DNA of 64,000 nucleotides, taken from the IMG/VR virus record IMGVR_UViG_3300033068_001747. The stretch is one strand, 5' to 3'. Below, one piece after another: positions 57,282 through 64,000 of this stretch; positions within the stretch are counted from its first letter, which is position 1, and the number at the start of each line of letters is the position of its first letter. The position numbers and the translations under genes were made by a program. The notes beneath the pieces are model-generated. The model was not told the origin of the DNA and ran no database searches. It saw only the letters and a list, made by a program, of their open reading frames with translations. The DNA is from a virus. Its lineage: Duplodnaviria > Caudoviricetes.

Positions 57282-58181
57282 TTAGTATATTATCTCTCCG
57301 TCAAATCCTAATCTCACATTCTGTCCATCAAATACAATTGTCTCTTTGATGTCTGACGGTGCGAAAGTATTCTTATGATAAACTTTCATAGGTCTTCTAA
57401 ATGTTTCATCCTGTGGCATATAAACATAATTAAAACACTCACATCCTCCACCATATCTTTTCCATTCTTTTGTTAAAAAGAAATTATCACCTATCAATTC
57501 TTTAATATGAAAGTAAATATAATTCTCCTTTGAGTAATCATTGATTGGCATTAAAGAAACTAAACCAACATCATTGATATGGACCGAATTGGACCATTCT
57601 AAGAACTTAAAAACTTCCTCTTTAGTATCTATATAATTTTTAATTAAATTACATCTAAATTGTATTTGATGTGGATGTGTCTGAAGTCCAGCAGCCCATT
57701 TAATTTCATCAAATGTTGGAGTTTTACATTTAAAGATTTCATCATTTATAGCATCATCGTAATGGTGACGAGATAATTGAATATAATCAAACTCTTTATA
57801 GATTGGGTCCTCAAATAATTGTTTCCAACGAAAGCCATCGGTATTCATACTTAACTCTGCATCAGGTGCGTACTTTTTAGATAGTTCTACTATATTTACA
57901 AAATTATCCCAATATAAAGTAGGTTCACCACCTGATATGGCAACTTTTCTTATTTTAATTTTAGGGGAGATTTCTTCAAATACTTCTTGTAGTTTCTTAG
58001 CAGAGTATTTATTCGCATCATCGGCATAAGTACAAAAAGCACATTTCGCATTACAGAACTTTGTTCTTATATAAAAGTTTATATAAGGTTCTTCAATGAC
58101 TTGTGCTTCTTGATCGAATAGATGACAGCTGTGTGTCTTTAACTCTATTTCTTTTCCAAAAATTTCTATTTTATCAATCAT
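57282..58181 (-). CDS. Radical SAM protein
   Basis: CNAKCAFC, ISGGEPTL, NTDG. Confidence 0.88.
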   Translation of the reverse strand: MIDKIEIFGKEIELKTHSCHLFDQEAQVIEEPYINFYIRTKFCNAKCAFCTYADDANKYSAKKLQEVFEEISPKIKIRKVAISGGEPTLYWDNFVNIVELSKKYAPDAELSMNTDGFRWKQLFEDPIYKEFDYIQLSRHHYDDAINDEIFKCKTPTFDEIKWAAGLQTHPHQIQFRCNLIKNYIDTKEEVFKFLEWSNSVHINDVGLVSLMPINDYSKENYIYFHIKELIGDNFFLTKEWKRYGGGCECFNYVYMPQDETFRRPMKVYHKNTFAPSDIKETIVFDGQNVRLGFDGEIIY

Positions 58182-58527
58182 TATTCCAAATTATTAAACG
58201 AACATACAATTCATGTATTTGAACGTTATGTCTTATATTTGGTAGGTCTATCTTTGTTTTCTTTATACAAGAATTTAATTCTTCTAGTAAATCGTTTACC
58301 TTAACTAAAAGCTTTTCTACAGAAAGTGAACTTTGATCGAATGGAATGTCAAGTGTCCATGCCATCATCACAGCACGACCTGACGAAATATGTGAAACCT
58401 TTGCACCTTTCTTACCAGGAACCATTGGTTCAATGAAGTCTGTGAAGATCATTCTTAAATGTTCATCAGCACCAGAAGTATCATACATAGTCCATTCTAA
58501 CTTCTCATTCAATCTTTTAATTCTCAT
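58174..58527 (-). CDS. Hypothetical protein, N-terminal motif MRIKRLNE
   Basis: ORF track. Confidence 0.6.
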   Translation of the reverse strand: MRIKRLNEKLEWTMYDTSGADEHLRMIFTDFIEPMVPGKKGAKVSHISSGRAVMMAWTLDIPFDQSSLSVEKLLVKVNDLLEELNSCIKKTKIDLPNIRHNVQIHELYVRLIIWNND

Positions 58528-58535
58528 AGTAGTAA

Positions 58536-58886
58536 TTATTTAGTATAAGGAACTACAGTAACGATTTCACATTTAGTTGAATCTTTAACCATTACAATTG
58601 AATCACTATCATGTTTAGCCGCTTCTTTTTCAGTACCTTCTGCGTCAATGTTTGATGCATCAGTAGTAACAGTAATTAAAAATAAATCTTGACCTGGCTT
58701 ATCTAATAAACTTGGATCAACTGCTTCTGGTGAATTTACATAAAATTCTCCAGGGTCGTTTAAATCAACAACTGAGTGAGAAGTTAGTCTATATAAAGTT
58801 ACTTCACCAGTAGGTGTATCAACCACTGTATCTTGTGGTCCTTCTAAATTTTCATTTAAGAAATTGTTAAACTTTTTAAGTTTCAT
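58536..58886 (-). CDS. Hypothetical protein, N-terminal motif MKLKKFNNFLNE
   Basis: TAATATATA upstream. Confidence 0.65.
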   Translation of the reverse strand: MKLKKFNNFLNENLEGPQDTVVDTPTGEVTLYRLTSHSVVDLNDPGEFYVNSPEAVDPSLLDKPGQDLFLITVTTDASNIDAEGTEKEAAKHDSDSIVMVKDSTKCEIVTVVPYTK

Positions 58887-58950
58887 TTTATAATTTTATT
58901 TTTTCTTAAATGTATATATTAAAAAAAATAGGACAAAAAGTCCTATTATA

Positions 58951-59277
58951 CTAAATCTCATAAAATGATTTTACTTTCTTAACATAACCTTGTTTCCAAA
59001 CTGGAATTGCATCATCATCAAACGACTCATAAACAGGGACTGCCGGGTTATTACACTTTAGAAAGTGACTTAATGTTCTATGAGAACCATGACCCATTCT
59101 AATATGTGCAGGGTGTCCATCTATAAAAGCACCATCTAATCTATTCCAATAAACACAAGATTGATATGGACTAGCCTCACAAGGCATCCAAACCTCAACT
59201 GTATCACCTAAGTAAATCATTTTACCAAAATCATCTTTACAGATAAAGTACTTCTTTTTATATTGTCGTATTGTCAT
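58951..59277 (-). CDS. Hypothetical protein (YopX-like motif)
   Basis: KDDFGKMIYLGDTV. Confidence 0.55.
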   Translation of the reverse strand: MTIRQYKKKYFICKDDFGKMIYLGDTVEVWMPCEASPYQSCVYWNRLDGAFIDGHPAHIRMGHGSHRTLSHFLKCNNPAVPVYESFDDDAIPVWKQGYVKKVKSFYEI

Positions 59278-59533
59278 TTAATATTTGATTTATTTTATCC
59301 TCTCTTATTTGTCTTTCTGTTTTAAAAAACTTATCCGTTGCATATCTTGATATAAACCCCATATCAGTTTTAATATCAATAACTCTAACTGGATAATCAT
59401 CTACATAACCATCTGGTTTATAACAAGCCAATACAATATAAGGTTTATTAGCAGTAATTGCTTTCCAAGTAACCTTATGTGTATAAACTTCATCACCAAC
59501 ATTAAATTCTTTATATACCTTATCTCTTACCAT
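59258..59533 (-). CDS. Small protein, C-terminal tag IREDKINQIL
   Basis: ORF track. Confidence 0.6.
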   Translation of the reverse strand: MVRDKVYKEFNVGDEVYTHKVTWKAITANKPYIVLACYKPDGYVDDYPVRVIDIKTDMGFISRYATDKFFKTERQIREDKINQILNDNTTI

Positions 59534-59868
59534 TCTTTTAATAATGTGTTTTTAGTTGCATATGGGAAAAATTTCTTATGAATTGTGTATAGTTTAGTTA
59601 TATCATCACCATCATAATCTTTAATCAAATAACGTGTTTCATTATATACGGAATATCCTCGATAATTTGGATTTATAGAATTTACTTTTGTCCAAACATT
59701 TTGGACAAGAACTAGATAAATCTGTTCCTTTCTATCATAATAAGCATCATAATTTGGATAAAATTCATAACGAAGTTGACATCCATTTTTAGGATTTATA
59801 TCTAATTTAACTTCTTGTGAATAAACTTGTGTGAATACTAATAAAAATAAGATTATATATTTTTTCAT
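59527..59868 (-). CDS. Secreted hypothetical protein
   Basis: Signal peptide; TATCTTTG upstream. Confidence 0.6.
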   Translation of the reverse strand: MKKYIILFLLVFTQVYSQEVKLDINPKNGCQLRYEFYPNYDAYYDRKEQIYLVLVQNVWTKVNSINPNYRGYSVYNETRYLIKDYDGDDITKLYTIHKKFFPYATKNTLLKEW

Positions 59869-59887
59869 AGTACAAAGATAATTAAAA

Positions 59888-60697
59888 CTAATCTTTATAT
59901 AAAATATTTAAAGATAATAATTTTGCAGAGTTTTGTAATTTTACAATATCTTCTTCTGGGTTAATTAAAGAAATACCATCATCTGTAAGACAATTTTGGT
60001 TTTCTAGTGCTGACTTTATATGATCTTTTAAAGTTGGGTATTTAACCCAACCATTAGTTACACCAAAATCATTTTGACCTAGCATTGCACCAACAAATAA
60101 TTTCTTAAACTTTAGAGCATCTGCTCTTGTTAAAAAGTGGAAGTCAGAATTTTGATCTCTATCATAAAAACTAAAATGTTTTGGATCTACAATATATTCC
60201 TTACTATTATTATCATATCTAATATAACCCATTTCTAACCTATTAGAAAAAATCATTCCATCATTTAATTCAACTCCGCTATCTATAACTTTTTGAGTAG
60301 TTTCTTCATCAGCAGCCATTACATCAAAGTCTATAGGAAGAGCCACACTATATTGAAATCCTTCTGATATAAATGATTCATATACCATATCTTTAAACCA
60401 ATCATCATCAAACCAAATACTTACAAAAAAGTTACCTTCTATGAATTCTTCAGATGTTATTTTCCAACTCTTATCACGATGTATAACCTTTAATCTACCT
60501 TGAAAAGATCCAAACTTAGAAAATCTTTCTCTGTTATTCTCAATTCTTTTCAATTCTTGTTTTTTATAAATATCATCTGCATAATCTTCTAGTTTATCTG
60601 CTCTTTTATGATGCCCATAAGTAGATCTTAATTGACTTGCTGCTCTTTTATAAATGTGAGGACTTAACTCTTCGTTGAATGATTTAATATATTTCAT
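59888..60697 (-). CDS. Hypothetical protein, N-terminal motif MKYIKSFNEE
   Basis: TAATATATA upstream. Confidence 0.7.
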   Translation of the reverse strand: MKYIKSFNEELSPHIYKRAASQLRSTYGHHKRADKLEDYADDIYKKQELKRIENNRERFSKFGSFQGRLKVIHRDKSWKITSEEFIEGNFFVSIWFDDDWFKDMVYESFISEGFQYSVALPIDFDVMAADEETTQKVIDSGVELNDGMIFSNRLEMGYIRYDNNSKEYIVDPKHFSFYDRDQNSDFHFLTRADALKFKKLFVGAMLGQNDFGVTNGWVKYPTLKDHIKSALENQNCLTDDGISLINPEEDIVKLQNSAKLLSLNILYKD

Positions 60698-60714
60698 TCC
60701 TTATATATTAAAAA

Positions 60715-60936
60715 TTATACCGTAAAAAACGTTTTACTTCTTAACATAGCACGTAATTTATCGTGCATAATTTCTTTTGAGTCTTTATCTTTAAAGTCAA
60801 AGTAGGATTTAGGGTAAGCAACTAATTGAAATTGGTTATTAACAACAACAATATGCTCTTTACCAGTCTCCCACTTAAACTCATAAAGTCTATTTTTTGT
60901 TATACCACCGGCATCTCTTTTACATCTTAATAACAT
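60715..60936 (-). CDS. Small hypothetical protein
   Basis: ORF track. Confidence 0.55.
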   Translation of the reverse strand: MLLRCKRDAGGITKNRLYEFKWETGKEHIVVVNNQFQLVAYPKSYFDFKDKDSKEIMHDKLRAMLRSKTFFTV

Positions 60937-60993
60937 ATAATATAATTTAGTTCATTTGTTTATATGAAAAAACCAGTAAAAGTTTACTGGTTT

Positions 60994-61194
60994 TTAGTTT
61001 TCGTATGCAGGTCCAAATTCTTTTCTTGGTAGTCTAAGTTCTTTATCTGTCTTCAAATCTAAAACTGTTATATGAGTATCATCGATTGATAAAATTCGAC
61101 CAACATGATTGTTATTTGTATCGGGTACGTGAAACTCAATTAAAGTACCTGCTTTTAAAGTTGCGTGTCCCTCAAATGTTTTTAAGTATTTCAT
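60994..61194 (-). CDS. Small protein, N-terminal motif MKYLKTFE
   Basis: TAATATATA upstream. Confidence 0.6.
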   Translation of the reverse strand: MKYLKTFEGHATLKAGTLIEFHVPDTNNNHVGRILSIDDTHITVLDLKTDKELRLPRKEFGPAYEN

Positions 61195-61269
61195 CACAAA
61201 ATTTCTTTCTTTTATATATTAAACTTTAAATTCAAAAATAAATATAATTAAAAAACAAATTGATTAAAT

Positions 61270-61500
61270 ATGGACAGACATAGTTTATTACAAGAATTTC
61301 CAGAGTATCAGGATAAAATTCACCAAATGAAAACAGAAAATAACCACTTTAGAAAATTATTTGATGGTTACCACGAGTTAGAGCACAATATACATAGAAT
61401 CAAATCTGGTGCAGAAGTTACAACAGATGAAGAATTAAATAAATTAAAAATTCAATTACTTCAACACAAAGATGAATTATTTGAGATGTTAAAATCTTAA
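61270..61500 (+). CDS. YdcH/DUF465 family protein
   Basis: EFPEY..KIH..K..N.HF.KLFD.YHEL...LK...L..KDEL. Confidence 0.8.
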   Translation: MDRHSLLQEFPEYQDKIHQMKTENNHFRKLFDGYHELEHNIHRIKSGAEVTTDEELNKLKIQLLQHKDELFEMLKS

Positions 61501-61562
61501 AAACAAATAGTAAGTTTCAGCGCAAATGAAGCAATAAAAACACAGCGTGAATAGTGTTCTTA

Positions 61563-61994
61563 TTATTTTTTTGAAAAGAATGTCATTGTAAGATTTGTAA
61601 TATCATCATACTCACTTGAACTATAAATACTGAATCTAAGAGAATCCCAAAATTCTTGTACACTTTTATCTCTAAAATCTGCTTTAAAATTAGTATTCGA
61701 TTCAAAATCCCTTACACTAAAGCTAGATGTCTTTGTATAAAAAAGTGCTTCAAGTAATTGTATATCCCTTCTACTTAAAATATCTAGTAACTCTCTAATC
61801 TGATTCTCATAAGTCTCGATTCTAAATATTAGACCTGATGTAGAAACTCTTTTTGTTATTATAAGATCAAGTACATTATCTTCATTATATAACTTCTTTC
61901 TAATGTTAAATCCCTCATCCATCATTTCTGCGAAAATTGTTTCAAGATGATTATCTAAATCCTCTTCTACATATTTACTTAATTGTGTACTCAT
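61563..61994 (-). CDS. Hypothetical protein
   Basis: ORF track. Confidence 0.6.
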   Translation of the reverse strand: MSTQLSKYVEEDLDNHLETIFAEMMDEGFNIRKKLYNEDNVLDLIITKRVSTSGLIFRIETYENQIRELLDILSRRDIQLLEALFYTKTSSFSVRDFESNTNFKADFRDKSVQEFWDSLRFSIYSSSEYDDITNLTMTFFSKK

Positions 61995-61995
61995 A

Positions 61996-62808
61996 TTATT
62001 TATATTTTTTTAACCATTCTTCCCTTAATGCGTTAAGTAATAACTCTCTCATTTCTTCAGTTATATGTTGTAATTCTAACGCATTTTTAGATCCACTATA
62101 ATCAGAATGATCCCCATCTGGACTAAACCTTCTTGTTACTACAATTCTCAATTTACCATTACGTTTAGCCGATTCTAAACACTCACCAACTAAATCTAAG
62201 TAATTTTTCCTAACAAGTGTATGGAATAATGGAGTGAAATCTCCCATTGAAGTTCTACCAAAGAAGTAACCTTTTTCTATAGCTTTCTTAGTCAATTTCT
62301 TAAATTTAGCATATTCTTTTTTCTCATATGAAGACTTTCTCTCTATACTCATTTTATCATGTTCTTGAGAATGTTTAGCAGCGATTACATAAAACTCGGT
62401 TGAATCATCAGTTCTTAACCTTTGTCCGTGAACTCTATCACCTTCTTGTATTACATCTTTAGATATGTAAATTGGAGTTTTACCGTCATGAGACAATCTA
62501 CCATTTCTGTAGATGTACCACTCACTAAATAATCCAGACAACTTTAAAGATCTTTTTATTTTCTCATCCTTTATATCATCTAGTTTTATTTCTTCAAATG
62601 AACCAGTCAATGGTGTGCCAGCACCACTATTAAAACTAGTACCAGTGTCAATTTTAGCAGCCATACTTTTATATAAAAAGTTTAATCTAGGTACATAATT
62701 TAATAATTTACCTAATAACATATCTACCGCAAGTGCAGGAACTGTAAGATAAGCTTTGGCTTTTCTCCAACTTTCGTTGTGAGCTTCATAAGGTTTAATA
62801 TATTTCAT
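61996..62808 (-). CDS. Hypothetical protein, N-terminal motif MKYIKPYEAHNES
   Basis: TATATATA upstream. Confidence 0.65.
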   Translation of the reverse strand: MKYIKPYEAHNESWRKAKAYLTVPALAVDMLLGKLLNYVPRLNFLYKSMAAKIDTGTSFNSGAGTPLTGSFEEIKLDDIKDEKIKRSLKLSGLFSEWYIYRNGRLSHDGKTPIYISKDVIQEGDRVHGQRLRTDDSTEFYVIAAKHSQEHDKMSIERKSSYEKKEYAKFKKLTKKAIEKGYFFGRTSMGDFTPLFHTLVRKNYLDLVGECLESAKRNGKLRIVVTRRFSPDGDHSDYSGSKNALELQHITEEMRELLLNALREEWLKKYK

Positions 62809-62846
62809 AATAGTATATATAAAAAAAATCGCATTAAAAATACGGT

Positions 62847-63356
62847 TTAAAATAACTTACTAAAAAATCCTTTTTTCTTTTCTGGTTCTGACTCTTTTTC
62901 TTTTTCTCTTGAAGAAACAATACCTTCTAAGAGTTTCTCTAATTTCTTATCACGAGTATATTGTGTTCCCATACCACTTAATATATCATCAAAAACAGTA
63001 TTTGGTCTTGTATTAGGAAGAAGATTTATAACAAAATTATTAAAAATCAACTTTTCTAAAACTAAAATATCTCTATTCTCATTTAATCCAACTACTTGGA
63101 AACCACCACTGAATCCACTATTATGAATGGTCATACAACCATGTTCGGTATAAACTAATTTATTATTAGTATCATATTCTAATTTAATTGGTGATTCAAA
63201 TCTAGTTTTACCATCTTCAGAAAATGATTGCATATAATAACAAGTATCACTATTAAATGTATGTCTACCTCGTTCCCAAACTCTGGAACCATCTTTGGTA
63301 GTTTCAATTAAGTAATCAAGTATTTGTTGAAGCTGTTTTCTCTCAATATTATTCAT
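62847..63356 (-). CDS. Hypothetical protein, tag TRDKKLEKLL near the C-terminus
   Basis: ORF track. Confidence 0.65.
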   Translation of the reverse strand: MNNIERKQLQQILDYLIETTKDGSRVWERGRHTFNSDTCYYMQSFSEDGKTRFESPIKLEYDTNNKLVYTEHGCMTIHNSGFSGGFQVVGLNENRDILVLEKLIFNNFVINLLPNTRPNTVFDDILSGMGTQYTRDKKLEKLLEGIVSSREKEKESEPEKKKGFFSKLF

Positions 63357-63404
63357 GCTATATAATTTATATAAATATATAACAAATTTATAAAAAAAGT
63401 TTAA

Positions 63405-63548
63405 TTAAATAAAAAAATTATCCTTTTTACTAGAAAATTTACATTCATCACAATACCATTTAGTATTATCATTTTTATCACTGTGAACTGCGTGGAACCA
63501 CTCACAGTACCACTCTGCACCAAACCACTTAATAAGTAAATTTTTCAT
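63405..63548 (-). CDS. Small Cys/His-containing protein
   Basis: ATG at 63548; WYCEWFH...WYCDEC. Confidence 0.45.
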   Translation of the reverse strand: MKNLLIKWFGAEWYCEWFHAVHSDKNDNTKWYCDECKFSSKKDNFFI

Positions 63549-63661
63549 TAGGATTTTCTTCTTTTTTAAACTATATATCTTTAATTTTTTACTGAAATCA
63601 CTGTTTTTTTGAAAAACTTTCATTATATTTGTAAATAAAATATAAATTAAATTTTAATGAT

Positions 63662-64000
63662 ATGGGGAAAGTAATAATTAAGGCACTTGCAGGAGAAGCG
63701 TATGTTGGGGATAAATACTTGGAAGATAAATCAACACTAGATGGAATTGACTGTCAAGACGAGTTTGTTGAGTATATGTTTGAAGACTTTAAACACAAGT
63801 TAGGCTCAGGTTATATGGACTTTAGATTTGAAGATGGTAAACTATGGACTTATACTGTTTACTCTACAACAGAAGACTTAACAGATGAAGAACTTAAAGA
63901 ATTAGGAGAATACACTCAAGGGCAATGGTCTGATGGAATTGGAGAAGGATTTGAACAATTTCCTTGTAGATATGAATCAGATGGTGCTGAAGTTTATTTA
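63662..64000 (+). CDS. Partial hypothetical protein
   Basis: Open frame MGKVIIK...GQWSDGIGEGFEQ to the window end. Confidence 0.65.
   Translation, partial: MGKVIIKALAGEAYVGDKYLEDKSTLDGIDCQDEFVEYMFEDFKHKLGSGYMDFRFEDGKLWTYTVYSTTEDLTDEELKELGEYTQGQWSDGIGEGFEQFPCRYESDGAEVYL

Noticed and set aside
61505-61560. Two small hairpins as a possible ncRNA
   Set aside because: Short, weak stems between convergent genes, with no further support.
1-64000. Genome-wide TAG recoding
   Set aside because: Conserved genes are full length under code 11 and some end in TAG (e.g. trxB TAG TAA); only one in-frame TAG case was found.

Overview
Very AT-rich, gene-dense segment that reads as a jumbo/huge phage of Bacteroidota, probably Flavobacteriia. 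Support: TTTG-N~20-TAnnTTTG host-type promoters, TonB receptors, a T9SS cargo gene, T4-like PNK, RNA ligases, free-standing homing endonucleases and many short orphan ORFs. No recognisable capsid or terminase gene is in the window, so the phage call is an inference. Metabolic genes include trxB, nrdDG, purA, mqo, PiT, pnuC/nadR and dNK. The main interest is a non-standard RNA/translation toolkit. (1) A minimal RNase P RNA whose two halves (21180-21248 and 25030-25177) are separated by ~3.8 kb of protein genes yet keep P1/P2/P4/P5/P6 complementarity. (2) Five paralogous tRNA-Glu-like RNAs with hairpins inserted in the D-loop and hypervariable or absent anticodon loops, interleaved with structured spacers and followed by an ~850-nt GOLLD-like ncRNA. 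(3) An atypical CUA-anticodon tRNA beside a PTH2-HD fusion gene with an in-frame TAG at codon 5. (4) Four miniaturised aminoacyl-tRNA synthetases. Two peptide tags also recur across unrelated proteins: a C-terminal R-[DEN]-x-K-[IL]-x-x-[IL] motif and an N-terminal MKx[IL]KxF[NE]E motif linked to a TAATATATA upstream element. All calls were made by eye, without database searches.
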